Shown: positions 48,293-59,533 of the stretch, one piece after another
Layout: every line of letters starts with the position of its first letter
How positions within the stretch are numbered: position 1 is the first letter of the stretch
Assembly (NCBI GenBank): GCA_045593265.1
Contig: JAZNWH010000131.1
Coordinates: forward strand, 9,422 to 73,421
Reading direction: 5' to 3'
DNA from: Clostridia bacterium
GTDB lineage: Bacteria > Bacillota > Clostridia > RGIG6154
DNA: 64,000 nucleotides
Notes under the pieces: generated by a model
The model's database searches: none
What the model was told of the DNA's origin: nothing
Seen by the model: the letters and a program-made list of their open reading frames with translations, nothing else
Translations under genes and position numbers: made by a program

Positions 48293-49822
48293 ATGAAAAA
48301 GTTTTTAGCAGTAGTACTCGCAATGCTCATGGTACTTTCAGTATTTACAGCATGCAGTAAAACAGATTCAAATGACGGGGATATTACTCTTACATGGTAT
48401 GTTCCAGGAGACAAATATCCTGACACAGCAATGGTAGTTGAAGAATTAAACAAGATCACAATGGAAAAAATCGGTTGTAAGATTGATCTTCAGTTTATCG
48501 ATGCAGGTTCTTTCCAGGAAAGAATGAATATGAATATGGCATCAAATGCAGAGTATGACCTTACATTTGTAGGCTACTTAAATCAGTTCGAGCCTGCAGC
48601 ATCAAAGGGCGGACTTATGCAGCTTGATGAATTACTTAAATTAGCTCCCGGAATTACAGAAACAATTCCTGAATATATCAGAAATTCAGGTGTTTATATG
48701 GGCAAAACCTATGCAATTCCCAATATGCAGATTACAGCTTCAGCACTTGCTGCACAAGCGCCAAAGGAATATGCTGATGCATTTAAAGCAGCAACAGGGC
48801 AGGATGTAGCTACATTCACAAATACTCTGCAGTATGAACCATATCTTGAATTTGTAAAGGCAAACTATCCTAATGTTTATCCGTTTAACACAAGCTATGG
48901 TATGGGTTCTTTCAAAAGTCAGGATGAAGGAAAGGATGCAAAAGACCCATTCTTCCGCTGGACTTTAGGAATCAGCAGTTATGAAGCTTATAAGGATTCA
49001 GAGCAGAAGAAATTTGTTGTATTGGATGCCTATAAAAACGAAGAGCTTTCCCATGCAAAAATGTTTGCAGAAAAGCTTCATGAATATTACAAAAAAGGTT
49101 GGATTCGTCAGGATGTAGATTCTGTTATGGATGAAACAGCAGAAAGAAAACAGAAAAAATTCGGTCTCTGGTTCGGTACATATAAACCGGGTATGGATGG
49201 TGAAAGCTTAGCAACCTATGGCTGGGAGACAGTTTCATCAAGAATTTCATCAGTATCAATCGGTTCAGCATCAGCTACAATGGTAGGTATCGGTGCAAAC
49301 TGCAAGCATCCTGAAGAAGCAATTAAATTCATTGAATTGATGAACACTGATAAAGAAGCTTATAATTTAGTATGCTTCGGTATCGAAGGTAAGCATTATA
49401 ATAAGGTTGGCGAAGAAAGAATTGAATTTGTTGAAGGAAGCGGTTATGCCCCAAATGCTTCATGGAAATTCGGTAACCAATTCAACGCATACCGTCTCCC
49501 CGGTCAGCCTGACGATGTTTGGGAGGAAACAATTGAATTCAATAACTTAGGTTATGAAATGAGTAAGGTAAATCCAAATCTTTCAGCACTTGGTTTCACA
49601 TTCAACAAGGAAGATATTAAATCAACAGTAACCAAGGTTACAGAAGTATTTAATAAGTATAGCAGTAAAGGTACCGGCTCAAAGGATCCCGATACATATT
49701 GGAATAAGATGATTGAGGAAGCTTATGCAGCAGGTAACCAGATTATCATTGACGAATATCAGAAACAGCTTGACGAGTTCTTTGAGGAGCATCCTGAAAA
49801 GCTTGAACAAGTAGTGTGGTAA
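48293..49822 (+). CDS. Carbohydrate ABC transporter substrate-binding lipoprotein (DUF3502-type C-terminus)
   Basis: Lipobox FTA-C, TLTWYVPG, GKTYAIP, FGIEGKHY, W.FGNQF, EYQKQLDEF. Confidence 0.88.
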   Translation: MKKFLAVVLAMLMVLSVFTACSKTDSNDGDITLTWYVPGDKYPDTAMVVEELNKITMEKIGCKIDLQFIDAGSFQERMNMNMASNAEYDLTFVGYLNQFEPAASKGGLMQLDELLKLAPGITETIPEYIRNSGVYMGKTYAIPNMQITASALAAQAPKEYADAFKAATGQDVATFTNTLQYEPYLEFVKANYPNVYPFNTSYGMGSFKSQDEGKDAKDPFFRWTLGISSYEAYKDSEQKKFVVLDAYKNEELSHAKMFAEKLHEYYKKGWIRQDVDSVMDETAERKQKKFGLWFGTYKPGMDGESLATYGWETVSSRISSVSIGSASATMVGIGANCKHPEEAIKFIELMNTDKEAYNLVCFGIEGKHYNKVGEERIEFVEGSGYAPNASWKFGNQFNAYRLPGQPDDVWEETIEFNNLGYEMSKVNPNLSALGFTFNKEDIKSTVTKVTEVFNKYSSKGTGSKDPDTYWNKMIEEAYAAGNQIIIDEYQKQLDEFFEEHPEKLEQVVW

Positions 49823-49940
49823 GACAAGCTGACTTTTGGAGCTATTTTGGATATTATTACCTTTAAAGGCAACTTTAATCATTGATAGAGGATAGCTTTA
49901 ATAGTAAAATAATGATGTTTAAAGAAGGAAGCAGTAAGAA

Positions 49941-51620
49941 ATGAATTTAATACATATGACATATACAGGAAACCATTATTCTGTTGTTGCAAAAGAAAAT
50001 GCTTTTGAAATTAATGACACAAATCCATTTGAAATATTTTTTGAATTTGGCGTTTCAACGATTATTAATGGTGAAAAAGACAATATTATAGCCTTTGAGA
50101 AAAAAGATAATAGTTTTATATGGACAGCATCAGATGGAATTTTTGAAAAGACCTATACTCTTGAATGTTGTGATGATTATATGCTTTACAAAGCGAAAAT
50201 CAAAGGCAAAGGCAATTTAGGATTGGTTAAATATCTTGATAACACTATGTTTAATGCGTCAGGTTATTTTTCACCTGTTGTTGCCGGTGGCGGAGATGTA
50301 GCTACTTATAAAGATATGACACAGCCACAGACAGCTTCCGACGGATTTTTTGTTCCACCACCTCAGTGTTTTATTTTTGATATGGAAGGAAATAACAATC
50401 TTATTGCTGTTGGATTAGTTGCAAAAGAAAAGCAATATAATTACTCAGGATTTTCATATATTCCTGACGGAAATATGTGTGCTTTCGGCGCTGACTTCGG
50501 TAATTATACTGAAGTCAGCGGTGAGTATGAACTCCCTCATATTTTAATTCAGTTAGGAAAAGACAGATATTCCCTTCTCGAAAGTAATGCAAAATTCCAT
50601 GTTGAAAAAGGTTATGTCAAGCAGCAAAACCACGAAAGGGAAAATTGGTGGAACGGAAATATTCTTTGCGGTTGGGGAGACCAATGGAAGATTGGTGCTG
50701 AAGTTGCAAATTCACAGAGCTTTGCATGGGATAATGAGGCAATTAAGAAAAACGCAGATAATACACCGGAAATGAGTGTTTTTAATTACGCTATTGATGC
50801 GGCAACAGAGGAGAATTACAAAAAAATCATTGCAGGTGCAGAAAGAAAGAATGTTCCTTTCTCAACAATTATAATAGATTGCAAATGGCACAAAGAATTT
50901 GGCACAATGGAAGTTGATAAAGAAAAATGGCCAAATATGAGAGGGTTTATTGACCATCAGCACCAAAAGGGACGAAAGGTTCTTCTGTGGTACAATTTCT
51001 GGAGTGTGGAAGGACTGCCTAAGGATGAATGTATTACCCGTGGTGAAGAAGCACTTTATGTTGATCCTACGAATCCTAAATATATTGCCCGCCTTGAAAG
51101 AATAATGGAATATTTACTCAGTGATAAAAACGGATGCTGCAATGCGGATGGTTTTAAAGTTGATTTTACAGCTGTTCCATATGAGGGGAATCTCCGTATT
51201 TACGAAAAAGGAGTATTTGGTATTGAGCTTGTTAAAAGAAATATGTCTTTAATTTATAATTTAGCCAAGAAGGTAAAAAAGAGTGCTTTAATTACATCGC
51301 AGCATGTACATCCGTATTTTGATGAATGTATGGATATGATGAGAATTGGCGATTACTGGTGTTCAAGTAACAGACCGCTTTCCAATATCAATACAAGAAC
51401 AGGTATCCTGAAAGCAACACTACCAAATATGTTAATAGATATGGATGCAGCAGGTGGCGGCAAAAAGAGAGATGCACTTCTTTATTACAGAAGAGGTGCA
51501 CAAATCGGCACTTTGTCTTTATACGGAACTAGTATTTATGATAAATTATTCAGCGAGGATGACTGGAAAGAAGTTGCAGAAATTTTCAGGGAAAATCAGG
51601 AAAAATCCGGGTTATTATAA
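49941..51620 (+). CDS. Clan GH-D-like TIM-barrel glycoside hydrolase (GH27/31/36-like)
   Basis: IIIDCKW, KEKWPNMR, DPTNP, nucleophile-like DGFKVDF, acid/base-like MMRIGD. Confidence 0.65.
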   Translation: MNLIHMTYTGNHYSVVAKENAFEINDTNPFEIFFEFGVSTIINGEKDNIIAFEKKDNSFIWTASDGIFEKTYTLECCDDYMLYKAKIKGKGNLGLVKYLDNTMFNASGYFSPVVAGGGDVATYKDMTQPQTASDGFFVPPPQCFIFDMEGNNNLIAVGLVAKEKQYNYSGFSYIPDGNMCAFGADFGNYTEVSGEYELPHILIQLGKDRYSLLESNAKFHVEKGYVKQQNHERENWWNGNILCGWGDQWKIGAEVANSQSFAWDNEAIKKNADNTPEMSVFNYAIDAATEENYKKIIAGAERKNVPFSTIIIDCKWHKEFGTMEVDKEKWPNMRGFIDHQHQKGRKVLLWYNFWSVEGLPKDECITRGEEALYVDPTNPKYIARLERIMEYLLSDKNGCCNADGFKVDFTAVPYEGNLRIYEKGVFGIELVKRNMSLIYNLAKKVKKSALITSQHVHPYFDECMDMMRIGDYWCSSNRPLSNINTRTGILKATLPNMLIDMDAAGGGKKRDALLYYRRGAQIGTLSLYGTSIYDKLFSEDDWKEVAEIFRENQEKSGLL

Positions 51621-51648
51621 CGCTTAAGACAGAAAGGAAAGATGTGTA

Positions 51649-53361
51649 ATGAAAAAACCATTATTATCTGAGCTTTCATTGCGTGAAAAAATTAATAATA
51701 TGATTATCTTGCCGCAATGGGATTTAAGAAGAAGATATGAAAACGGAGAAGATTACCGTGTTGAAAGAACTGAAAAAGAACAGGAAGAAATTTTGAAAAA
51801 CGGTCAATTCGGTTCGCTGTTTGCTCAGTACGGAGACATTGTAAAGGGAAGAAATACCGACCTTTTAGATGCTAAAACTGACAAAAGATGTAAAAGCAGT
51901 GAATTTGCAGATATGATTGACTGGGAAGCTTCATTTTTAAAAGTACCTCCTCTCGTAGGCGGAGACAGTGAATTAAGCGGAGCAGGACAGATGCATTATG
52001 ATTTAACATCAATCATCTCACCTCTTGCTATGGGAGCAACTGATGATGAAGATTTGGTTTTTGAATTAGGAGCAGCTCTCGGTCGTGAACTTCGTTGCAC
52101 CGGAGTAAACTGGAGATGGTCTCCTGTTGTTGATATTTCAAATAGATTTTCAAGATTGTGTCAGGCTTTAAGAACCTTTACCGATATGGATGTTGAAAAG
52201 CAGTCTCGTCTTGGCATTGCGATGATTAAGGGTATGCAAAGTGAGGGTGTTGCGGCAACTGCAAAGCATTTCCCCGGTTGCGATCCTCATGAATACAGAG
52301 ATTGCCATTTTTGTAATTCGACAATCAGAGTTTCAAAGGAAGAATGGTGGGAAACACAGGGTGTGATTTTCCAGAATGTTATTGATGCAGGCGTTTATTC
52401 AATTATGACAAGTCATCAGTCTTTTCCTGCAATTGATGATTCAACAATAAACGGATTGCCGAGACCAACTACAATATCAAAGAAAATTACAACCGATTTA
52501 CTTAAAAATGAGATGCACTTTGACGGTGTTATAATTACCGATGCAATAACAATGGGTGGACTTTGTACCATTCTTCCTTATGAAGAATTAATTGTCGAAA
52601 TTGTAAATGCAGGTAACGATGTTATTTTATGTGCTTCCCCTGAAATAGCCGATATCATCGAAAATGCAATTAAGGACGGAAGAATTGAAGAATCAAGAAT
52701 TGACGATGCTTGCCTGAGAGTTTTAAATATGAAAGAAAAGCTCGGAATGTTCGAAGATGGGTATGTAAATGTTAAATATAGAGCGGAAGATGTAAGAGAT
52801 AAAACAGCTGAGTTAAGTTTAAAAGCCGCAAGAAAAGCTGTAACATTGCTTCATGACAGAAACAACCTTCTTCCCCTTGACAAAAATAAGATTAAAAAGG
52901 TTTCAATCATTGTTTCAAGCCATAGCGACAATTTCTACGATGTTGCCGTACAGAATCTGAAAAAAGAGTTTACCGACAGGGGTATGGAGGTTTATGTTCA
53001 GAGAAGACTGAAAAATGATATGGAGCTGAAAGAAATATCCGACAATAGCGATTTGATAATTTATGCTGCATATGTTGCAGGACACGAACCGAAAGGAGCA
53101 CCTGCTTTATTTGGTGAAGAATGTAATACATTCTGGCATGCGTTTAAGCACGGTAATGAAAAGTCTATTGCTATTTCCTGCGGATCACCTTATCTTGCTT
53201 ACGATATTATGGAAAACGCAAATGCATTTGTAAATCTTTACGGAGATTCGCCTTACTTATTAAAAGCTTTCGTTGAGGGAATTTTCGGCGAAATTCCTTT
53301 TGTTGGCAAATCGCCTGTAGAATTGGAACCACCGAAGTTTATTTTTAATTCGAGAAAATAA
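51649..53361 (+). CDS. GH3 glycoside hydrolase, NagZ-like subfamily
   Basis: GVNWRWSPVVD, KHFPG......DCH (D-x-H dyad), IITDAITMGG, C-terminal GH3 domain. Confidence 0.88.
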   Translation: MKKPLLSELSLREKINNMIILPQWDLRRRYENGEDYRVERTEKEQEEILKNGQFGSLFAQYGDIVKGRNTDLLDAKTDKRCKSSEFADMIDWEASFLKVPPLVGGDSELSGAGQMHYDLTSIISPLAMGATDDEDLVFELGAALGRELRCTGVNWRWSPVVDISNRFSRLCQALRTFTDMDVEKQSRLGIAMIKGMQSEGVAATAKHFPGCDPHEYRDCHFCNSTIRVSKEEWWETQGVIFQNVIDAGVYSIMTSHQSFPAIDDSTINGLPRPTTISKKITTDLLKNEMHFDGVIITDAITMGGLCTILPYEELIVEIVNAGNDVILCASPEIADIIENAIKDGRIEESRIDDACLRVLNMKEKLGMFEDGYVNVKYRAEDVRDKTAELSLKAARKAVTLLHDRNNLLPLDKNKIKKVSIIVSSHSDNFYDVAVQNLKKEFTDRGMEVYVQRRLKNDMELKEISDNSDLIIYAAYVAGHEPKGAPALFGEECNTFWHAFKHGNEKSIAISCGSPYLAYDIMENANAFVNLYGDSPYLLKAFVEGIFGEIPFVGKSPVELEPPKFIFNSRK

Positions 53362-53381
53362 AAAAACAAAGGAGAGATTGT

Positions 53382-56105
53382 ATGAAAGAACGATTAAGAA
53401 GACAACTATTGGCACTTTTCCTGACGGTTGCTATGTTGATTTCTTCTTCTGTTGCTGTATGTGCAGAAGAAATTTCTACAGAGTTACCCCTTGAAGAAAC
53501 GACAGAAGAGGTTGTTGCTGAAGAAGAGATTCAGATTCAAAGAATAGTTGGCTCAACTGAATTTGAAAATGAAAAAGACAAGCTTATTCTTTATGTTGCG
53601 ACCGACGGTGATGATAACAACGAAGGCACGATTGACAGACCTTTAAAATCGCTTGAAGGTGCACAGATGAAAATCCGTGATATTAAGAAAACAAGCGGAA
53701 TCCCCGAAGGAGGGGCGATAGTTTACTTCCGCGGTGGTACGTATAAGTTTGAAAAGGGTGTTAAATTTACAAATGAGGACTCAGGTACTGAAAATGCAAG
53801 AATTACATACAGAAATTACCCCGATGAAAAGGTTGATTTTGTAGGTGCAGAAACTCTTTCCTGGGACGACTTCGAAAAGGTTACCGATGAAGAAGTTTTG
53901 TCGAAGATTATCGATAAAAGTGCAAGAGAGCACATTTATGCGGCAGACCTTAAGGCTCTTGGGTTTAAGGAGCTTAATCCGCCCAGATGGCCCGGATCTT
54001 ATTCATACTGGAGTTCATTAATGCGTCACCTTACAGCAAAATACGGAATTACAAAACCCGCATCAAAGTCTTCCGAGCTGTTTATAAACGATAAAACAAT
54101 GACTATCGCAAGATACCCGAATGAAGGATATATGACTATTAAAACCGTTATTGAGGGCGGAGTTGAATCAACGGTATATGACAATACACCGGCTGAGGAT
54201 GCGGCAAAGCTTGATGCCCCTCCTATAGAAGTTGAAGTAGCCGATAAAAGAATTTTAGAGTGGGAAGGCGTTGAAGGTGCCATTATGTACGGAACCTTCT
54301 CTCTTTCCTGGGCAACTCACGCTACCGAGCTGGGCTCCGTCAACAAGAAAACAAATTCGATTGTGGCAAAATATCCAATGTTTTATCCGGCAAAGGAAGG
54401 ACAAACCTTCTATGTTTATAACTTGATTGAAGAGCTTGATACACCGGGCGAGTATTACATAGATATTGACGAAGGCATGCTTTATCTCTATGAGCTTGAT
54501 GAAGAGATTGAGAATATTTCATATACCACTCTTGAAGATATAATGATTACCATTGACAATGCAAGCTATCTTACATTTAAAAATTTAAACATGAAATATA
54601 TTAAGAACCGTGCATTCGATTTTCTTACTGACAGCCACGATTGTGAGCTTATAGGTGCAGAGGTTGCTTTTACCGATACAGGTCTGACACGAGCAACATA
54701 TGTATGGGGTAAAAACAATAAGGTTCTGGATTGCTGGTATCACGATAATGACGGCGGAGTTGAGCTTGCCGGCGGAGACAGACCAACTTTAACACGCAGT
54801 AACAATCTTCTCGAAAATTCTAAATTTGAGAGAAACGACAGACTTACAACATCATATTCACCTGCTATTCACTTAACACGCTGCGGTAATATCGTAAGAA
54901 ACTGTGATGTTTCAAATGCTCAGCACAGCTTGATTCTTGTTGCGGGTAATTATCAGGAGATTTCTTATTGTAACATATATGACGCTTGCAAAAATGCCGA
55001 CGATATGGGTGCAATATATGCAGGTCGTAATCTTACAGAACGTGGTAACAAAATATTTTTTAACTATATTCATGATATAGGAGGCGGACTCGGGATGGGC
55101 GGACAAGGTTGTCATGGTTTGTTTTGGGATGACTGGGGCTCAGCTGCCGATATTGCAGGAAATATCTTTGAAAACATACCAAAAGGTGCGGCCGTAATGC
55201 TTGCGGGAAGCTATAATGTAATGGATAATAATATTGCTATCAACTGTATGGAATCCTTCAGGCTGACACGTTCATTTAATTACGGCAATCCTGATAACTT
55301 TACCGTATACCACGAAACTACTGCACAAGTGCCCGTTAAAAGTGAGCTTTGGATGAATGCCTTCCCGGGAATTGAGAATGTAATAAATGAAAAAGGCGAA
55401 CCGGACATGAATAATTACATTGTTGCAACGGATAATGTGCTCATTAACACTCCGCTTCCCACAACCTCGGAACAGGTTAAGAAAACAGCAACGCTTGAAA
55501 ACAATGTAACCTTCAGCAAAGATCCCGGTTTTTACGACATGGAAAACAGAAATTATCTTCTTAATGAAGATTCAGAAGTTTTTGAAAAAATTCCTGATTT
55601 TGAACAGATTCCGTTCACAAGAATCGGTATGTATTCGGACAGAGCTATGTCAAGAATTAAGGACGCATATGTATTCTGTGTAAACAGTCCTTATGTGTAC
55701 AAAAACGCTAAGCGTGTAAAGAACAGCAAAAATGAAGCAATTATTGAAAATGATACTTTGTATGTTCCCTTAAGAAGCGGTGCGGAAGCAATTGGTGCTA
55801 ATGTTGATTTTAACGAAGAAACAAATGCAGTAATTGTTTCAGTTTCAGGAAAGGCAATGGAATTTGTATCAAACGGTTCACTTGACAGCGTTAAGGTTAA
55901 TGGTGAAGAATACAAGCTTTCAAAGTCTGTTATCAATAAAGAATATACAAATTACATATCCCTCGAAGACCTTGTAAATATTTTCGAAAAGCATTTGGTA
56001 CTTAACAATAATATCGCGGTAGTAAGTGATATTGAAAAGCTCTTTACAATGGGCGCAGATGACGGATTACTTCGTTATATAGAAGAACAGTTAACAATTT
56101 ATTAA
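53382..56105 (+). CDS. Secreted parallel beta-helix protein + stalk domain (module gene A paralog, no SGNH domain)
   Basis: Signal peptide; LYVATDGDDNNEGTIDRPLKSL; DDMGAIYAGR; YVPLRSGAEAIGA; ends DDGLLRYIEEQLTIY like 11972-15859. Confidence 0.78.
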   Translation: MKERLRRQLLALFLTVAMLISSSVAVCAEEISTELPLEETTEEVVAEEEIQIQRIVGSTEFENEKDKLILYVATDGDDNNEGTIDRPLKSLEGAQMKIRDIKKTSGIPEGGAIVYFRGGTYKFEKGVKFTNEDSGTENARITYRNYPDEKVDFVGAETLSWDDFEKVTDEEVLSKIIDKSAREHIYAADLKALGFKELNPPRWPGSYSYWSSLMRHLTAKYGITKPASKSSELFINDKTMTIARYPNEGYMTIKTVIEGGVESTVYDNTPAEDAAKLDAPPIEVEVADKRILEWEGVEGAIMYGTFSLSWATHATELGSVNKKTNSIVAKYPMFYPAKEGQTFYVYNLIEELDTPGEYYIDIDEGMLYLYELDEEIENISYTTLEDIMITIDNASYLTFKNLNMKYIKNRAFDFLTDSHDCELIGAEVAFTDTGLTRATYVWGKNNKVLDCWYHDNDGGVELAGGDRPTLTRSNNLLENSKFERNDRLTTSYSPAIHLTRCGNIVRNCDVSNAQHSLILVAGNYQEISYCNIYDACKNADDMGAIYAGRNLTERGNKIFFNYIHDIGGGLGMGGQGCHGLFWDDWGSAADIAGNIFENIPKGAAVMLAGSYNVMDNNIAINCMESFRLTRSFNYGNPDNFTVYHETTAQVPVKSELWMNAFPGIENVINEKGEPDMNNYIVATDNVLINTPLPTTSEQVKKTATLENNVTFSKDPGFYDMENRNYLLNEDSEVFEKIPDFEQIPFTRIGMYSDRAMSRIKDAYVFCVNSPYVYKNAKRVKNSKNEAIIENDTLYVPLRSGAEAIGANVDFNEETNAVIVSVSGKAMEFVSNGSLDSVKVNGEEYKLSKSVINKEYTNYISLEDLVNIFEKHLVLNNNIAVVSDIEKLFTMGADDGLLRYIEEQLTIY

Positions 56106-56173
56106 TGTATTTAAATGAATCGTAAAGATTCATCTGAATAAAAAATTTATTAATGAAAGGGATGTTTTGAATC

Positions 56174-59100
56174 ATGAAAAGTAAAAAAATCTTATCCTTG
56201 GTGTTGGTATTGTGTATGGTACTGCCAATGCTTCCGGTTTTTGCAACAGAAGCTACACAGACCGAATTAGCAGGTAATATCAGAGTAATTTACGAAAATG
56301 ATTTCGAAAGCAACATTGACGGATGGACAATAGGCGAAACCAAAGCCGCAGAGGGGACTTATAATTTAAGTCACGAAACCTACGAGGATAAAGGCGTTCT
56401 CGCACTTTCTTCCACAGCAGGAATTACAAACTATTTTTGTGGGCAGCCAACTGCATTTCTCGATTTTGATGACATTGATTTCACAAGTGGAAACAAAATC
56501 GTCATTGAAATGAGCCTTAAGCAGAGTGGTAGCAATGAATTTGGTCAGGCATGGTCTTACCTTAAGTATAACAGACCAAATAAAAGTGACCTTACATATG
56601 CTAAAGCTGACGGAAGCGAATTTCATACAAAGAACATATCGGAAGATGCCGACAACTGGTGGACAATGCTTATGTTCCAATCAAATGTTAAAGAAACAAC
56701 CGACGATGCAGGCGTTACTACAACATCAGGCGCAAACAAAGTTTCTTATATGTACAATAATGAGGGCGACACATCGTTGGCTACAATGTCTGATGCTGAT
56801 ACAAAAGCAGACTGGACAGATATAAAAATTGTTATTGATGAAGGAACAAAATACTTTAGTGTTAACGGTAAAACAGGAGATCAGGAATATTCAATAACCG
56901 ATGGCTGGATTAATGCAAATGCTTACGAAATTAACAACACAAATATTGCATACGGTACTCAATTAACAGATTATGACTCACTTGACAACTTGACACTTTA
57001 TTTAAGAAACTACGCACAGACTCTTTATGTTGATTCATTCAAGGTTTACGAAATAAGCCCTGTTTATGCAAGTGCAGTAATTAGTGGCGGTTCAACAGTT
57101 AAGTATGATGAAGCAGTAGAGCTTGAATTTGTAAATGTATATGCAGATGCAGATAAGACAACTGCTTCAACAATCGCTGCAGTTCCTGAAGGTGCAGTTA
57201 AAATCAACGATGTCAACGCAGTACAGAATTACGATGCAGTAAATCAGATTCTTTCAGTTATGCCCGAAAACGGTTTTGTTGAGGGAGAAACCTATACAGT
57301 TACATTAGATACAGATGTACTTGAAGAAGGCAGTATAATCTACTCGGGCACAGAAAGCTTTACGGTTCGTGCAAGAGGAGAGCGTTCTAACGGACTTGTT
57401 GTAAACGATACCTTTGAAAATGAAGCGGATAAGGATAACTGGGTTATCGGCGGTGCAAATGACGGCTACAAGGCTGTAACAGATATTGTTACCGTTGATG
57501 GCGACAACAAAGCACTTTCCGTTAAGATGGAAACCAATACAAACGCAGCAAACGGTGCAAACAAAGTTCCGAATGTTATAAGAAGCATCGGAAACGGTAT
57601 TGAATTTGCTGAGGACAAAACGGTAGTTATCAAAACAAGAATGAAGGTTAAATCTTCTAAAATTGATGAAAGCGGAGCCGAGGCTTCAACTGCCTTCCAT
57701 TTAAGAATGAATTCAATCGGCTACGAAACAAACGGATTTAATACAGACCAGCATGCTATAGGTTGGCTTACATATACATTGTTCCACTTAGGACAGGAAG
57801 GTATTAAGCATCCTGTAGGAGTTGGACGCTTGCTTTCTTCCACAAGCGGATGGTATTATGATGGCGGAACTATAAGCGGCACAGAAAATTCAGCAATCCT
57901 TGACAAGTGGGTTGACTATACAATAACAGTTGACGGAATAAACAATAAAACAGTTATAAATGCAGTATGCAGTGATATTTCATTAAATAAGACAACAACT
58001 ACATCAACAATCGCTGTAACCCCCCGTGCACTTGCAAATGAATACGGAGAAGGTACGGATAAAACACACTTTGACGCACTCGACACATTAAGCTTTGCAT
58101 TGTTTGATAATGCAAATACAGACAGCGAATTGTTAATTGACTATTTCAAGGTAGTTGAATTGGTTGGCGGCAGAATTATTAATCAGAGCGGTGCTTCTGC
58201 TATGTACAATGAGCCTCTTAAATTCACACTTGAATCAGACAAGCCGATTTCAGCAGTTTCAGAGGGAGCGGTAAAAATCGAAGGTGTTGCAGCTTCTTTC
58301 AGCTATGATGCAGAAACTCAGGAAATTACATTAACTCCCGAAACAGATTTAACAATCGGTAATTTGTATAATGTAACAATTGACAAGGATGTACTTGAAA
58401 ACAACGGCGTTGGTTACAAAGGTGTTACTTCATTTGCGGTTCGTGCAAGAGATGAACGTAAAACAGGTAAGATTATTTCCGATGACTTTAATGACGGAAC
58501 GACACAGGGCTGGACAGTTGGTGCTGCAAATGATGCATACAAGGCAGGCTTACAGGTTGTTGATGTTGAAGGTGAAGAAGGAAATAAAGCGCTCAAGATT
58601 TCAATGTCGGCAACTGCAAGCGGCAGCGGTAATCAGCCGAATGTTACAAGAGTTCTCGGCAACGGTATTGAATTTAAAGACAATGAATGGGTAACAATTA
58701 CGGCAAGAGTTAAAAAGTCAAGTGAAGGCTTTTCTTATAAGTTAAAAGCCAACAGACCGGATACTGTTGAACAGGTTCCGTATGAATACCAATGGGCAGC
58801 ATACGGTATCATGGGTAACAATACATCAGGAAAAACAGTAACTCTTACGGGTACACAGGATTTAGGTGATTACGTAGGCGGATATTCATACATGCCCGAA
58901 GACCCCGGTGCAACAACAGTTGGAACAGACTGGATTACATATACAATTGTGTTTACACCTGAAGAAGGCTTATTCTGGGTTACAGGCGTTAAAGATGACG
59001 GAACATATGTAACAACTCAGAGAGGCAGAGAAGGTGCTATGTACCTTGCAGGTACTGCTGTTGAAAAAATATACGGTGTTGCTCCTGCTGCAAAAATGAA

Positions 59101-59533
59101 GCTTGACTTCCTCGATACCTTAACATTTATTGCTCAGGATGGAACAACAGGCGACCTTTATATTGACTATGTTAACGTTTCTATAAATGATACAAGTGTT
59201 ATCGGTAAAGCCTCTCTTACAGTAGACGGTGAAGAAATTGATGAAATCACCGCAGGTACAACAGTTAAGCCATCATTTACAATTAATCCTGAAGAGGATG
59301 TAACAGAGTATACAGTAATAAGTGCACTTTACATTGACGGTATCTTAGAAGATACACACATAAATCCTCTTACAGTAAACCAAATGGGATATGTATACAC
59401 AGAAGAAGACGGATGGGTTATTCCGTCAGCACTCGAAGGCAAATACGAAATCAAGGCATTCGTTTGGAATACACTTGAGGGAATGAAGCCTGTTTCAACA
59501 GTTACAAAGGCAGAATCAGCAGCAAACGATTGA
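56174..59533 (+). CDS. Module gene B paralog, N-terminal part: lectin-like + Ig-like repeats and KAFVW domain; ends at an in-frame TGA
   Basis: Signal peptide; three ~1.1-kb units starting YENDFE, VNDTFE, SDDFN; YEIKAFVWNTLEGMKP. Confidence 0.75.
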   Translation: MKSKKILSLVLVLCMVLPMLPVFATEATQTELAGNIRVIYENDFESNIDGWTIGETKAAEGTYNLSHETYEDKGVLALSSTAGITNYFCGQPTAFLDFDDIDFTSGNKIVIEMSLKQSGSNEFGQAWSYLKYNRPNKSDLTYAKADGSEFHTKNISEDADNWWTMLMFQSNVKETTDDAGVTTTSGANKVSYMYNNEGDTSLATMSDADTKADWTDIKIVIDEGTKYFSVNGKTGDQEYSITDGWINANAYEINNTNIAYGTQLTDYDSLDNLTLYLRNYAQTLYVDSFKVYEISPVYASAVISGGSTVKYDEAVELEFVNVYADADKTTASTIAAVPEGAVKINDVNAVQNYDAVNQILSVMPENGFVEGETYTVTLDTDVLEEGSIIYSGTESFTVRARGERSNGLVVNDTFENEADKDNWVIGGANDGYKAVTDIVTVDGDNKALSVKMETNTNAANGANKVPNVIRSIGNGIEFAEDKTVVIKTRMKVKSSKIDESGAEASTAFHLRMNSIGYETNGFNTDQHAIGWLTYTLFHLGQEGIKHPVGVGRLLSSTSGWYYDGGTISGTENSAILDKWVDYTITVDGINNKTVINAVCSDISLNKTTTTSTIAVTPRALANEYGEGTDKTHFDALDTLSFALFDNANTDSELLIDYFKVVELVGGRIINQSGASAMYNEPLKFTLESDKPISAVSEGAVKIEGVAASFSYDAETQEITLTPETDLTIGNLYNVTIDKDVLENNGVGYKGVTSFAVRARDERKTGKIISDDFNDGTTQGWTVGAANDAYKAGLQVVDVEGEEGNKALKISMSATASGSGNQPNVTRVLGNGIEFKDNEWVTITARVKKSSEGFSYKLKANRPDTVEQVPYEYQWAAYGIMGNNTSGKTVTLTGTQDLGDYVGGYSYMPEDPGATTVGTDWITYTIVFTPEEGLFWVTGVKDDGTYVTTQRGREGAMYLAGTAVEKIYGVAPAAKMKLDFLDTLTFIAQDGTTGDLYIDYVNVSINDTSVIGKASLTVDGEEIDEITAGTTVKPSFTINPEEDVTEYTVISALYIDGILEDTHINPLTVNQMGYVYTEEDGWVIPSALEGKYEIKAFVWNTLEGMKPVSTVTKAESAAND

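Noticed and set aside
49885-49894. TAGAGGATA match to the integrase-tail leader
   Set aside because: Only 9-10 bp in AT-rich DNA and not followed by integrase sequence; likely chance.
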